A stretch of DNA of 64,000 nucleotides from Blastocladiella emersonii ATCC 22665 (Eukaryota; Fungi; Blastocladiomycota): assembly GCA_025594325.1 (NCBI GenBank), contig JANHCV010000010.1, positions 868,001-932,000 on the forward strand, in the 5' to 3' direction. A program made the translations under genes and the position numbers. Below are positions 44,536-58,200 of this stretch, in pieces; position 1 is the first letter of the stretch, and the number at the start of each line of letters is the position of its first letter. The notes under the pieces were generated by a model. It did no database searches. It had not been told where the DNA came from and saw only the letters and a program-made list of their open reading frames with translations.

Positions 44536-45524
44536 GATGGTGGTAATGGTGGTGGTGGTGGAGGTTCTTCTAGTTGTCGGTGGTGGTGGGTCTACTGTAT
44601 AGGAACAGGGGCCGTCTAGCAGCGAGGCGATGAGGTCGGATGGATCGGGTTGCTGGTGAGGATGCAGACTCGGACCGCGGGAGCCCGCGCGCTTTATACG
44701 CGTCGTCGCTCACTGTGCACTCGGCACCATACCCTCGGCCGCGCGAGCAATCCCCGATCCCGCGGACACACTCGCACACGTTCACGCGCCCCAACGTCAG
44801 CCGCCTGGGGCCGCATGCGCCTGCAGGCTGAAACCAAACCGCTCCGACGGTTCCGAGGCTTCGAGACGAGTCGCAGATCGGTATTCCCGGCGCCCTGGGA
44901 CGCGAGGGTGGCTGAGGCGTGCGTCTGAGCCCCCATTTTTTCCGGCTGCTGCGCCACACGCTCTGCGCCATGACTCCCGCGCGGACAGAAATACGGCCGT
45001 TGCTGACCGAGCACGCAATCGCGCAGGTCAGTCGTTCGCGCGACAAGGCACATCATCGAGTTCGTGAAACGCGAGGCGGACTGATACTGGAAAACGGAAG
45101 GCCGCTCGCGTCGACTTTCAGCCCGGCTGCGCGTATTGGCGGCAGAACGTGGCAAGGCTAGAGTCCTAGACGTTTGAGATGCGCCACGCGATGCGAGCAC
45201 GTTTCTCGCACGGCCTGAAACGCGACGCGACGCGTCTCGTGGGTCGCGTATTCTCGGCTTTCAAGCTGAGGTTCGGTCAAGGCCAGCTAGAAAGCCTCCT
45301 GATCGCGCGTTGGTCGAGCTACAACACAGGACGGTCTCCTCAGCAATGCGATCTTCGCCCATTACGCTTGAGTGACGCGCAGGACGGACACCCTTGCCGC
45401 ACTCGCGTCGTTCCAAGGCAAGGTAGACTCAAAGACGCGCTCGATGGGTCAGAAGTGAAGCACGACTATATTCAACCAACAACCAACAACCGACAGCCAA
45501 CGACCAGCATGAGAGCGACAACGC

Positions 45525-47114
45525 TCACAGAAAATCAGGAAACTCGGCGAAAAGCTCGTCAAACTCTAGGCCGTCGCGGATTAGCTTGCGAATGCGAGTG
45601 CGCCACCACGAAGCAAGCTTAGTGAACTGTTCTCGATGCTGCAGGGCCTGGCGGATCGTGTCGTCGTAGTAAGCGAGCTCGAAATCTCTCCGAACCCACC
45701 AGTTCAAGGGCTTGATGATCGCGGACTCGTCGATCTGCTTGAGGTTGCTCCAGTCCACGTCAGCCCAGTTCTTTGGACAAATGAACAAGAAATTGGGCAA
45801 GTTTGAGTGACACCATGAGAGCATGACTGTGTTATTCGACCGACTAGCGCGCTCGATCACGAAGCCGCAGAAGTTGGGTTTCCGTAGCGTGCGTTCAGAC
45901 TCGGAATCAGAATCGCTGTCAGAGTTGGCCGATTCCGGCTCAGAGTCCGAGCTAGAGTCTGATTCGAGGCCGCAGAAGTTGCTGGGAGACTCTCGAGCAA
46001 GCCATTTCAGTATCTCCTTTCGCTTGAGAGAGATGGCGAGCTCCAAGGCGTCCGCCCAAAATGCGAAGCGGTCCAATCGTTTGTCAAAGTAGGGCCCGAA
46101 ACGGTCGTGATGCTGCACATACCATTCGTGTTGGCGGAGTTCGCTGTCGTAGATACAATTAGGTGGTGGAGCAAGATCAGCACGGTCGCAGAGTAAAATG
46201 TAGTGGACATGGTTGAAAATCCAATCCAGCATGTCGGGGCGGTCGTTTCGAATCATCCGGGAGACTTCGTTTTTCCAATTGTCGATTCTGTCGCACCAAC
46301 GGTCCTCGGTCATTTCGTCAAAATCAATCAGAACCTTGAGGCTTCCGCACTCGACCGCACGTTCGGGGATTTCGAAATAATGATCCGTGAACCCGCCGTC
46401 ATCACAGAGCCAGAACACTGCCCCGGGGTTATCGGCTTTCATGGCATCGTCGAATGCTTCTACGCTGACCTTGATGGAGTGTCCAGACTCGCCCCACCAC
46501 CACAGGACGTCGTTATGTCCAGCCCGGACGGCATCGTCGACTGCGCGCTCCGTGTAGCCCTCGATTCGCTCGTTTTCCACAAGCCAGTTGAGAACGTCGA
46601 CGTGGCCGTGGGCGGACGCAACATCGGCGAGGTGCGGGCCGTCGAAGTCCTCGTCGTCGTACTCGTCCATGAAGTCGTTTGCAAGGAGCCAAGCGAGTAC
46701 GTGAACGTGTCCGTTAGCGGCGGCAACTTCGGCGGGGTGCTGCGCGCCGTCGAAAAAGTTCCAGTCCCACTCGGAAACAAAGTCATCCAGCAGGTCGATC
46801 CGTCCCGCGGCGCACAAAAGTCGGAAACGGAAGTTGGCCTCGTCGCCGTTCTCCGTCGGACCGCGGTACTTGAGCAGTAGTGCTCGAAGGTCATCGTAAC
46901 CGGGGTCCAGGGCGCGCTGAATGCATTTGTGCAGCGAATAGCGCAGAGCAACCGAGCGGAGTCGCTTGAGACCCGGAAGCACGTAGAGCAGCGGGAGCGG
47001 GTCGGCATCACGCGGGTTTAAAAGCACGGCTTGGCACAAAATATCCTCGACGAGCTCATAAGGCAAGAGGGGTTGAGTGCGTTGCATGGAGTTTTTGCGG
47101 GCTTTGCGCTTCAT
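45525..47114 (-). CDS. F-box-like + ankyrin-like repeat protein, copy 4
   Basis: 529-aa intronless ORF. LPYELVEDIL, HPAEVAAANGHVHVLAWL, HLADVASAHGHVDVLNWL and YTERAVDDAVRAGH. Confidence 0.8.
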   Translation of the reverse strand: MKRKARKNSMQRTQPLLPYELVEDILCQAVLLNPRDADPLPLLYVLPGLKRLRSVALRYSLHKCIQRALDPGYDDLRALLLKYRGPTENGDEANFRFRLLCAAGRIDLLDDFVSEWDWNFFDGAQHPAEVAAANGHVHVLAWLLANDFMDEYDDEDFDGPHLADVASAHGHVDVLNWLVENERIEGYTERAVDDAVRAGHNDVLWWWGESGHSIKVSVEAFDDAMKADNPGAVFWLCDDGGFTDHYFEIPERAVECGSLKVLIDFDEMTEDRWCDRIDNWKNEVSRMIRNDRPDMLDWIFNHVHYILLCDRADLAPPPNCIYDSELRQHEWYVQHHDRFGPYFDKRLDRFAFWADALELAISLKRKEILKWLARESPSNFCGLESDSSSDSEPESANSDSDSDSESERTLRKPNFCGFVIERASRSNNTVMLSWCHSNLPNFLFICPKNWADVDWSNLKQIDESAIIKPLNWWVRRDFELAYYDDTIRQALQHREQFTKLASWWRTRIRKLIRDGLEFDELFAEFPDFL

Positions 47115-47179
47115 GGTTGGTCATAGAGCATGTCATGGAGTGCGAGTCGCGATCGAAGGCGGCGAGGCGAAACGGCCGT

Positions 47180-47651
47180 TGTGGTGAATGGTCGTGCCGC
47201 GTGGCTCAGCGCGAGACGTTTCAAGTCAAGCCACGTCCCACGCGACGCGTTTCCCATCGCGTCACGCGACGCCACTCGGACGCGTTCCCTCTCCGCGTCA
47301 CCGCTGCGCGACGCGTCAACTCGGCCGCGGGCCTCGAACCGAGCCTTCTCTCCGTCTGCTGTTCTACGAATCACACGTAACAGTCGATCGGAGCGTCGGT
47401 TCGGAGCTCGAGTGCTCATGTCGTTCGTCGCGCAGGTACTACTCGCCGCCCTCCCCTTTGTCCCCTCATCCCACTCCCCGTCGTCGTCGCTCCCTTCGGG
47501 AAGATCCTCCTCCTCCTCTCGGTTATATATGGTCTGCTGTTCTACGAATCACACGTAACAGTCGATCGGAGCGTCGGTTCGGAGCTCGAGTGCTCACGTC
47601 GTTCGTCGCGCAGACCTCTTGCAGTACCTCTCGGTCCCCGGTCCCCCAACA
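47180..47651 (-). mobile_element. Solo-LTR-like insertion (472 bp, TG...CA ends, 4-bp TSD CCGT)
   Basis: Flanked by CCGT at 47176-47179 and 47652-47655; ends TGTGGTG... and ...CCCCAACA. The paralogous site near 60058-60075 reads AAACGG-CCGT-CTTTGGCG with no insert. ATATATAA on the minus strand at 47523-47530. Confidence 0.75.
47354..47613. repeat. 82-bp direct repeat pair inside the solo-LTR-like element
   Basis: GTCTGCTGTTCTACGAATCACACG...GTCGTTCGTCGCGCAG at 47354-47435 and 47532-47613, with one mismatch seen. Confidence 0.95.
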
Positions 47652-49169
47652 CCGTCTTTGGCGTCCACTCGGATCACATGATTGATCGTCGCGTCTCTCA
47701 TCGCATCGCGCCCCTGTCCTCCCTTTCTGTTTACTCTTGATGCCACTCTCTCTCTCTTGAGAAGAATTGTAGTACAATGAAGGCATCACGTATAGACAAG
47801 CGAGACTGTATTTGACACACTTCTTATCCCCGTAACCACTGCCCACCGTGGTCCCGTTGGCGAGAACTTGATTAATGTCGCTCTCGCGATACGACACAGC
47901 GGCAGATCTGCTGGTACGGAAGCGCGTGGGGCTTGACCGTTACCGACCTAGGCGGCAGTTTGTCGACGGCGGCAGCGTGGTGGAGAAGGACGAACGGGGC
48001 GTGTACCGGTGGTTGCAGACGAACTTGGGCGTTAAGACCGAGGCGAGATGAGACGAGAAGTTGTGCCCGCCATGACCTCGTCGACGGCACGCTCGCTTGA
48101 TCTTCTTGAAGGCAAAGGGCCGCCGAGCGACTCGACGATGCAGCACGACAGCACGACCTTGTTGGGTACACGCGCGCCGCGGGACTTTTGTGGATCGAGC
48201 TACGCGAGGGTGAGGGTGAGCGTGAGAGTGGGCTCCTCTGACCCGAGACCAGAGACGAGCCAGGACGCGGTACCTCGAACATGCCACAAAACGCGGCCAT
48301 GGCCACGGCCCAAGTCGGGTGCTGCGCGACGTGAAGCTGCCGGCGGCCAGAACAGGTGAACAGGTCGCTGAGGGCACGGGTCGTCTTGGTCTCGACGATA
48401 CTGTAGGTGAAATTGATGGATACGAGCATGACGAACTAGCTACACGCGCGGCAGGCGAAGATCTCGAGGTGAGCACGCGGACCAGCGCGAGTGGAACGAG
48501 AGTCGCGGGCATTGGTGCCGCGCCGTACCTGCTACTGCTGCTGCTCGCGAGGCCTCGCGCTTGGGCTTGAACTTGAACACACGGGTGCCCCACCAGTGCA
48601 GAGCGGGCTGCGCAGTCCCTAAAGCTGTACAAACGTTGATGGGGTGGGCGACCACCACCGCCGGACGCCGCGAGGGTCGTCAATGGGCCGTTGCACAGCC
48701 ACGTACTCTTGCGCCGCCGCGCGGTTCGCCGCCCTTCGTTAGCCCCCTCCGCACGGCCGAGCCCCCTTAGCCTGACCGCGCCACGCAGCGGGCCCGCTGC
48801 ACCATGCGTTCGCGGCGAACGAGCTCATGGTGGGGGAGGTGTGGGCGGTGCTTACGGCGGGGGTGCGGGAGCTCGTTTCCCCCGCAGCAAAGAAAGGGCG
48901 TGCCGAGGGAGGGGTGCTAGGGCCTCGGGCCGGGCGGGTACTCTGGCTCTGCATCAGGACGTCTATCTACACGCAGGCGAGCGAGCGAACGAGCGAAGGG
49001 GGCGGTCGCGACCACGGCCACGGCGGGCGACCGCGTTACTGCGCCGTCGTGAGGCGCACCTGCAGCAACGAGCGGATGAGCGACGCCGTGGCAACGGTGG
49101 ACGCCGCGACGGCCTTGATGCCGATGGCCGATGAGGAGAATGACGGCGACCGTGAGCTGATGCTGACGC

Positions 49170-50050
49170 GAGTCGTCGAGTGCCGCCGATCCGTCTACAG
49201 TTGGGCGCCGCGCGAGTGAGTGGGCGGTCGGTGGCCTCTTAATGTCCGCGCTATGAGCGTACCCTCGTTGATACCGCCGTCGCCGACGGGACCGAGCCGC
49301 CGTGCCTTGAGCAGAGCGCGCGTCGGGATCATGACTGCCGGCGCTTGGCGCGACACGACGCGGCCCTCGCGACCGAGTGACCGACGCACGATCTCGGCCT
49401 GCTGCAGCTGCAGGTGCAGCAGCAGGTACTGGACTCGGAGAACCACTCGAACCGCGCCGCGAGCCGAGGAGTGTTTACACAAGCACAAGCGCAAGAGTGA
49501 GTTATTGGACTGCGACGCCGGAAGTTCCGATTGTAGTATGTTACCTTGGTGTGCCGCGATGACATCTGGATTCCGAGTAATCGACGCGGCGCGCGCGCAC
49601 GGCGTGCACCCGGCCTTGTCCAGCCGCGCCGCCGCCGCGTGCTCACCACGACCATCGAGCTCTGCGCCGCGACCACACACATGACACGCGCGAGGGGCGC
49701 TACGGAATATAGTGCGGGTTCCACCACGTGCCGGACTAAGAAGTGTTTGAGCCGGGGCTCCCCCAAGCAGTGCGTACTGGGCGTCGTCCCTCGGCGTGTC
49801 ATGCGAATGGCCGCAGCGCCGCGCGACCCGACGCGGCGAGCGAGCGGCAGCTGCTGCTGCTGCGACGTGTACCACCCATGGAGAACCGCCGCCCGAGACG
49901 TGCGTGATCGGGTCCGTCGAGCTCAAAGAGTCTACACGAGCACGAGAGTGAGTTGTCGGATCGAGCCGCCGCTGGCTGCAGAGCAAAAGTACCTCAGCGC
50001 GTCGCGACGAGGAACGGGATCGAGGCGGCCGGCCTACACGATGTGGAGCG
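49170..50050 (-). repeat. Inverted, degenerate copy of the 56.6-58.5 kb repeat unit
   Basis: 49170-49201 is the exact reverse complement of 58439-58470. 49345-49470 matches about 58129-58250, and about 49680-49835 matches 57181-57329. Confidence 0.85.
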
Positions 50051-50783
50051 CGAGGGTGAGCGATGATGACCAGACCAAGCGGATCCGAGTCGCGAGCGTC
50101 GCCGTACCAGTTGTTGCGGTGGATCTGCGGCAAAGTAGAGGCTGCAGTTGCTGGGCGGCCGAGTCGTGGCTCGCCACGTCGTGTGCGACGGCTGCGGACT
50201 CGGACGGCCGTCGCATCGCGGACGTCGAAGCCGCCGGTGCCGAAGCGGGTTGATCGAGCTGGTTTCGCGGATGCGGGTGATGCGTGGCATGAGAAGAGGT
50301 GGTTGGAGCGAGTGCTTCATTGCTTGGAGAGCGAGTGAGGCGAGGTACGTCGGGTAAAGGAATAAATCAAAGGTTCCAAAAAAAGCGAGGTACGTCGGGT
50401 GTGAGGATCCAGCATCCCCGCGTCCCGGCGTGCAAGCAGAACAGCGCCTCATTTCTCCAAAGTGCGAGACGTTGCCCGGAGTGACTGGGTCGTCCTCGCG
50501 GTGCCAGCCGGACGAAGCAAAAATAAAGGAGACACGCGCCGAAACGCGTCTCACGGTGGTCGCGTGACGTGCGAGAGAATTTCGCGCGCGCACGTGTTCA
50601 CGCGACGAAAATCCTGATCTCTTTCTCCATCTGAGCTTGATGACCCACCTGTCCTGTGTGCGGCCGTCGTTGACACTATCACGAAGCATCGCACGGACCG
50701 AGTTGAATTGAGTCCATTGATGGCTCGGTCCGTTAGACCAGAAACCGCCTCTATGGATCTGCGCAAGATGAGAAGTGTGCAAT

Positions 50784-53700
50784 CTATCCAACACTGGACA
50801 TCACCGACTGCGGCGCGCATGGTGCGTGAAAGACCTGCGGGTCGTGGTGTGTCACGACAAACGCGTCTGTGTGGTCGACGGCGCGCCCGCACCCCGCGCA
50901 GATGGCGGGCAGCGTGATGGGACCGGGCTGCTCGTGCGCCGCAGCGAGCATGGCGAGCTTGGTCTACCGTGTAACGCAACGTTAGCGATGCCCCCGAGTT
51001 CTGAGAAGGAACCGCGTACCGTCATGTTGCGCTGGCGCTCGAGCGACTTGACCATGGTGCTCCAGCGGTGCCGGCGCGTGATCTGCGCGAGCTCGTGCAT
51101 GAGCAACGGTGCCGCACGCTCGAGCGCCCAGTCGCCGGGGAGCACGTTAGCGAGCTCGCGGAAGTCGACCACGTCCATGTTCTTGACGGCGACCGACATG
51201 AAGAAGCTCGAGTACGCGTCGCTAAAACACCGTTGGATCGTCAGTTCCTGGTCGAACGCAGGGTCAGAAACAACCGTACCGCCCGTCCATCTTGAGGAAC
51301 GCGTCGACCACGACCTCAAACGGCACCTCCTCGGTCTCGCACACGCGGTGCGCGGACGCAAAGTCGCCGACTTCGGTCACGAGCCGGCGCACGCGCGCCG
51401 TGGGGTCGGCCTCGAGCAGGGCGAGCTCGAAGGCAAACTCGCCCGCGGGGACGAGGCATTCGCGCACCTTGCCCACCACCATCTCGTCGCCCGACCCCGC
51501 AACACCGGCCACGACGGCGAGCAGCTGTCCGCGCACCTCGGATGCAGGCCGTTGTGCAGCGAGAAAGTCGGGGAACGAGGCGTGGGACGCGACGCTAGCC
51601 GCGCGGTACTTGCTGAGCCAGCTGGCGACGCTGCCGCCCTCGGCGAGGTACGCGCGGACGAGTTCGTCGCGCGGCCCGTTCGAGTCCTCGAGGTACGCGA
51701 TGAGCACCGCGTGGCCGAGCGCCGTGAGCCGCACCTCGTCAAACGCCGGGATCCAGGTGCGCAGGACGTGCGATGCGAGGGCGCGGTCGCGCGCGAGGAG
51801 CCACTGGATGTCGGACGCGTGGTTGGCGGCGTACTCGAGGTCGGCGAGCAGCTGCGCAACGTCGCGGACCGAGACCCAGCGCGGCTCGCTACCCGGCGCT
51901 GCGGTCGCGGGCGGCGTCGAGTCGAAAAGCGACTGCCACAGGTCGAGTACGCGGCGCACGTCGCCGGCGCGCTGGGCGACGAGGGACTCGGCAAACGCGT
52001 GGCCGCGCGCGGCGAGGTCATCGGCGAGCCTTTGGAGCTCGTCGCTGGACAGCGAGAGGTCGCACACGAGTCGCGTCTGCGCGACCACCTCCTGCACGCC
52101 GCGGTCCAGCTTCAGCAGCAGATGGAGCCGAGCAACCTCGACGGCTGGGTCGACGGCATCGGACGTGGACCGCCACGCGTCGAGGTACGACAGCAGGAAA
52201 CGGTCGACGCTCTCGTCCAGCGAAGCGCGGAGTGACGCGACCGAGGCCGGGTCGAGTGACGAGGGCTGGCCGCCGCAGAGCTTGTGCATCGCGAGATTGA
52301 CTGGAAGGAACGAACGAGTATGAGGTCTCGCTCGAAAGGAGGTGAGCGGATGGAACCATACCAATAGCCTCAAACGACTCGAGCGCCTTGACCTCGACGA
52401 GGAACGCGGCAATCTCCTTGTTCTCGCGCCCGTGCCGCGGATGGTCCGGGTCGGCCATGTGCAGCAGGTACTGCGGCTCGAGGCGGACCTCCCTGAGCAG
52501 CGCGAGTGTGTCGTCCCACTGGCACGCGTTGAGCATGCCGAACGCGACCTGCGTGACGACGGCGCGCGTCTCCTTGGCGGGCAGCATGGCGCGGGCGAGT
52601 TTCAGCGCGGCCGACTCATTCCCTTGCAGCAGCAGCGAGTTGACCTGGGCCGGGTAGTCGGGGCACGCGAGCGCGTAGACGGCGTCGCGCTCGCGGGCGA
52701 GAATCTGGACCTGGCCGAGCCCCGCGAGCGGAATCGGATGCGGTAACGGGAGGAACCCGATGGCCTGCAGCGGGATCGGCTCGTCCTGGACCACGGACTC
52801 GGTCAGCAGGCTGTGCGCCATGAGCCGCAGCGGCCCGCCCGACGCATCCGGGATCAGCAACAGGACGTGCGGGTAGTGGACGGCTAAAGAGTGTGGCTGT
52901 TAGTGAGAAGCGTCCACCAGAAATTCACGAGAAAGCCGTGCCGATAGCCTTGGGGTACACTGGGAACTGCAGCGTGCCGCGGCCGGGGATGGGGTCGCCG
53001 TGCGGCCCAATGAAGACGCCGACGCCCGTGGACTTGACGCCCACGCTCGCACGACACGCAATGAGAAGCTCCTTGGGCGCGACGAGCGCCATGTGCGGAC
53101 GAAAGTCGTGCAGGTGGTCGGTCGACTTTTTCGCGGTGTTGCGGCTCGCGTCAAAGGGCGCGAGGACCGTGATGCGCGGCTCGGCGAGGGCCAGGTGCAG
53201 GCACTTGTAGTGGAAGGTGCTGTCGGCGAGGTAGACGTGCTGGCCGTGCCAGAGCAGCCGCTGGGCGCCGTCAGGCAGCGGCACCTCCTACGCTGGCGGC
53301 GAGATGAGTAGACGGTCTCGAGTGGGACCAGCGGGATGTATGGACGCACCTTGACCTCGGTCAGCGAAAGCGTGGTGCCTGACTTTTTGATCTGGAGTTT
53401 GCCGAGGGTCCTGCGGCGCGCGACAACGAGGTAGTCGGCGGCGGACCCGCGTCGCTGCGAAGCTGACGAGTGCGTCGAGCGCTCATCGTGGTTGGCCGAG
53501 ATGGCGGTGATGCCCTTGAGCGGGCGCACCGAGAGCGGCTGCATAGCGAGGTCGTAAAAGGCGAGCACCGTGTCTACACGACGTAATGAGTTGATTGTCT
53601 TTCGTGGGACCAAGTTGCGCGTACCGGCGAGAACGGCAATCGACTGCGACTCGGGCAGCGCGACGACTTGGAGGACGTGCTGCTGCGTGGAGATGGTCTT

Positions 53701-54022
53701 TTGGCGTTGGATCAGGACGAAGGAGCCGTCCTCTGCCTGGGTGATGGGAGTGTCAGCGTTCGGTCGAGGCAAGACAGGAACGGAAAGCCCGCACGTTGAA
53801 GTGGTACGTGATGACGGACCCGTCGAGCATTCCGAGGTACACGACGTCGTCTACCGAGTTGGCGGTGGTACATCAGCCTCCTGCTTCCACGGAAACCGTG
53901 CAGAAACACTGACCGAGCATGTCGAAGCACGTAATCGCGTCGCGCGCGAACCGCTCACTCGGCGCGGTGCGGGTCCCCGCCGGTGGCGCAATGCTGTTCA
54001 GGACTGGGACGAGATTGAACAT
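50784..54022 (-). CDS. Vps39/Vam6/TGFBRAP1-family tethering-complex subunit (CNH domain + helical region + C-terminal Zn-finger-like motif)
   Basis: Multi-exon gene. N-terminus AITCFDMLDDVVYLGMLDGSVITYHF; CNH C-terminal GVGVFIGPHGDPIPGRGTLQFPVYPKAIAVHYPHVL; C-terminus LPGDWALERAAPLL...MVKSL...CAGCGRAV...FHAPC. Confidence 0.8.
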
Positions 54023-55249
54023 GGTGTGCTCGAAGATCAAGTTGCAGCAAGTTGCGGTGGGTCAATAGACCTATTCATGGAGAATTCATGGCGGGTCGAG
54101 AGAGCGACTGGGCGAACTGCGGCGCGACGGTCACAACGCGTCCATCGCCACAGCAACCGCCGCCTTGCCGCTGGCGAACCCCTCGGAGATCGTCGATGCT
54201 GACTCAAGCTCGACCTCGAGTGTCAAGAGCGGGGCACTATGTACCTTCCGCGCCCGCGTCACGGACCCGCCGCGCCGAACTGGGAGCAGGTCGTGCCAAA
54301 CCTGAGCCTGATGCGTGTTCCCGACCCGGCTGCCTGACCCACCATCGGCTGTACCAAGGATCAAAATGTCTCCAGGTGTCTCCAAAACGCGTGGGCGGGC
54401 TTTTGTCTCGCGCCTCTCACGTGACGGTTCGACGCGTCTCCTTCCCGCGTGTCTCCCTTCCTTGATTGCACCGAAGCACGATTCACCGCGAAACTAGGAG
54501 TCAAGAGGTACCAGCGACCATCGCTTCTCGTTATGCGACGAAACATACCATCGCACCGGCTGAGTCGCACTCGCAGCGGGCTCGTTTGAGCCATCATGCA
54601 TCGATACCGCTCTCGACAACCACTTCCCGCTGCCACTTCACCCTCACGATCCATGACATCGACTCGAACCAGCCGCGCTGGCCTCGATAACTTCAAGGAC
54701 CGCAGTCCACCGCTGGCGACATGGGGTCCGCTCGCTGCCGCCGCTCGCGACGCGGCGAGCAGGGCCTTGACCGGCCGCCCAGATCAAGTGTCGCCGCGCG
54801 CGCGTTTGTCGGGCTCCAGCTGCCGCAGATCTGTTTCGAGATTGCGCCGCCGTACGAGGTACGCAGCCGTCGTGGCTCGGATCCGCCTCGCCTTGGCGCC
54901 AACGGCAGGTCCCCGCGCGCGTGTAGGCGTGTCGATCCGGTCCGGTGCTCAAGAACTACCAGTTACGTCAAGAACAACTCGGCGTTCGTGATCCAGCTGT
55001 CGCCGTACCTCGCGCCGACTCGGGCTACGGCTCCACCAACACGCTGCTCCGCGCACCATTGTCACGCTCCTCGGCACGCTCGTCAACAGCGTCAAGAACG
55101 GACCGCGCGAGCTCCGGCTCGTACCCGCAACACCCACCGGAATCTGCCGTTGCCGTTGCCGTTGTCGCGGACGGGCGCCGCCGACGTGCAGCGCGAGCAG
55201 GTCGAGTTCACGTCGTGCTGCGCGGCAAGCCGAGTCCGGCCCATCGGCA

Positions 55250-58200
55250 AGTCGCGCCGAGGTACTATCTCATCTCATGAACCAGCGACGGAGTGGACTC
55301 ACGGGTTACGTATTGCATGTGTAGATTCTGCGCAGATGTCGATCCACACGAGCTCGGCTACTGCTCGACGGTTCTCCAAGTTCAAGCTCGTGCGGCTCGA
55401 CCTGATCGAGTCGACGTCAAAGTCGGCAGTGCACTCGCGCATCGGGTACGACTGCATCACCCGGACCTGGCGCTCATCGCCTCTAACCTCTTGATCCCCG
55501 TCGTCGTGTAGGCGGGTCGGGCTGGTGTTCGACGACCATCATCCAGACTGGCCATCGAGGCCAAGCTGTCGTCGCTCGCCAGATCTCGGCCTCAACCTCA
55601 ACACGCCGTCGTGCAACATCACCATGTCCATCATCGGGCTGCTCAAGCTCGTCAAGGACGCGCGCTGCTCGGGCTCGACGATCATCTCGATTGCATCTCG
55701 GCCGACGCGGTGAGTTTTCGCTGCGCGCGTCATCAACAATTTCCCATCGCGAGTCGTTCATGGCCGCCGTCCTGGCCAGGTCGCCCTTCGAGGTACCACT
55801 TCTCTCGTGCTGCTCAGTGCTGCCGTAATTGACCAAATCCCACTCGCTGTTCCGTGTAGCTAGCTTCTCCGTGCGCGCGCCAGCTCGGCGCCATCACCCG
55901 GCAAGCGGCGGCCGGCCATGGTCGTGGGCCGTGGATCGTGGTCGTGGTCGTGGCCGGCGCTCATCCGCGTAGCGTCGCGTCCGCACCGTGCTGCGGGCCC
56001 GTAGCGGCCATTCGCTTGACACGCACGATGGGAGCGTAAACCTCGGTACCCACTGCTTGGCAGGTCGTGGAAATGGGTTATTCATGCTATACCTCGACGA
56101 CCATAGCGGCTCTCGCGTGTCCGGCGGGTGGTCGCGGCAGTTCTCGAGTCGGCGACTCAACCCTCGACAAGTGCTGGGCCGCCGTGATCGCGCATCAAGG
56201 TACTCCGCCGGCAACAGCATCTCTTCATGAACTGAAAGCTCACGCTCCGCTGCCCGAACTAGTAGGTTTCGCAAGCCCCGGCGCGGCACCAGCTCAGCTC
56301 GTTTTCGTGATCAACTCGACGGGTCGTTCGCCGTGCGTCGCTGCCGGCAACATTATCGGGTTCAAGTCGCGCCCGGCGCCGAGCGCAGCGCGCATGCACA
56401 GTCGTCAGGACCGCAGCAGCAGCAGCAACATGTACTCTTCTCCCGACCTTTTCTGCCATCATGAAAGCCCGACTGACACTTGCGTTAATACCGTTCAGAT
56501 TCTCCAAGCTTCTCGACCCACCGCTCCTTCAAGGTCCACGGCACCAGCTCGCGCCACGTCGACGCCAAGGGCGGCGAGTCGAGGCGAGCCGAGTCGAGTG
56601 GAGGCGAGTCGAGTGGAGTCGTTCATCAAGGTACTCGTTCACTCATGCTCGAAACTCCTGAGATCGGACAACTCACGTTCACTGATCCGTGTAGATGCTC
56701 GAGAACATGATCCTCCGCGCCAGTCGGCCAGCTCAAGCTCGCTTCCTCGAGTCGTCGTCGTGCAACCGTGTCGTGGTGCGGGATCAGCGGCCACACTCGC
56801 TCAACCTGCTGCCTTGACACGCCGTCAAAGTACGCTCTGCCCTCCTGGCGGCACTGGATGGAAGGTCGGCGAGCTATATCACAGCGTCAATGCGTCGAGC
56901 GACTGGCCGCGATACGGCGGGTGGGTGACGATGTGGGTGGCGACGTCCTGCACCGCGAGACGGGGCGCGGCAGCGACCGGCGAGCAAGCAATTCACGGTC
57001 GGTCGGCTTCTCGGCCACGGCCACGCGGCCACGGTCGAGTACTCGGCCACGGCGGCAAGGTACGCTTCTCCCGACTTGCTCTTGTCGTCGCGATCGGGCA
57101 AGACAACTTACACTCGCTGATCCGTATAGATTTACGAGAACATCGTCATTATCCGCGCCAGCCAGCTGATGCTGCTCGCCGCGTCGGGTCGCGCGGCGCC
57201 GCGGCCGTCCGCCTGACACGCCCCGAGGAGCTACGCCCAGTACACACTGCTTCGAGCGAGGCCGAGCTCAGCAGGTGGTGGAACCCGCACTATACTCCAT
57301 AGCGTTCCTCAAGCATGTCAGGGCGGGCGGTCGCGGTGCGGAGCGCGATGGACGTGGCGAGCACGCAGCAGCGGCGCGGCGCGTCAGGGCGCGGCTTGGC
57401 TCGAGCTGCATGCAGGTCGAAACTGCTCGCCGTGCCGTGCGTGTTCTCGGTCGAGTACTCGGGATCCGGCCCGGCCGTTATCATTGCGACACGCGGAGGT
57501 ACCGTATTTTGGCCGGCTGGGCGGCGGCGTCGTCGTGATCCAATCCGAGAACTTACGCGCCTCGTCGTGTAGAATAATCTCCAAGCGCGGTGCGGTGTGG
57601 TTCGCTCGCGAGGGCTGCGTCGGGTCGCGCGGCGCCGCGGTCGTCCGCCTGACACGCCCCGAGAGGCTACGCCCAGTACACACTTCTTCGAGCGAGGCCG
57701 AGCTCAGCAGGTGGTGAAACCCGCACTATACTCCGTAGCGTTCCTCGCGCGTGTCAGGGCGGGTGGTTATGGCGCGGTGCGGTGCGGTACGACGGACGAC
57801 GCGGCGAACCGCGAACCACGAGCCATCAAGGTACCGCTCGCTCGAAGTCGACTCAGTTACGGCTACGGCGCCGACAAGGGTACGCTTCTCACGAATCGCT
57901 GCCGCCGTGATGATCGGGCACCAACTCACACTCGCAGATCCGTGCCATGCAGAGATCCTCGAGATGATCAGCTTCAGCACCAGCTTATGTTTGTCGGTCA
58001 AGTGCGCGGATCCGGCTCTGACATTGCAACAGGCCGAACTACCGCACGTCTGTGACTGCTGGCGACGTCGCGGTCCAACAACTCACTCACTCACGCTCGT
58101 CGGTTTTGCTTGCTCGTGTAGACCTTCTCTCTTCGGCTCGCGGCGCGGTTCGAGTGGTTCCCCGAGTCCAGTACCTGCAGCTGCAGCTGCAGCTGCAGCA

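Noticed and set aside
47760-47900. SYRESDINQVLANGTTVGSGYG fragment faintly like fungal RNase T1
   Set aside because: No catalytic YPH/E/R/H motifs and no supportable gene structure.
56067-57302. 411-aa plus-strand ORF in the repeat array
   Set aside because: Reads through intron-like units and repeats with no coherent protein features; likely a chance open frame.
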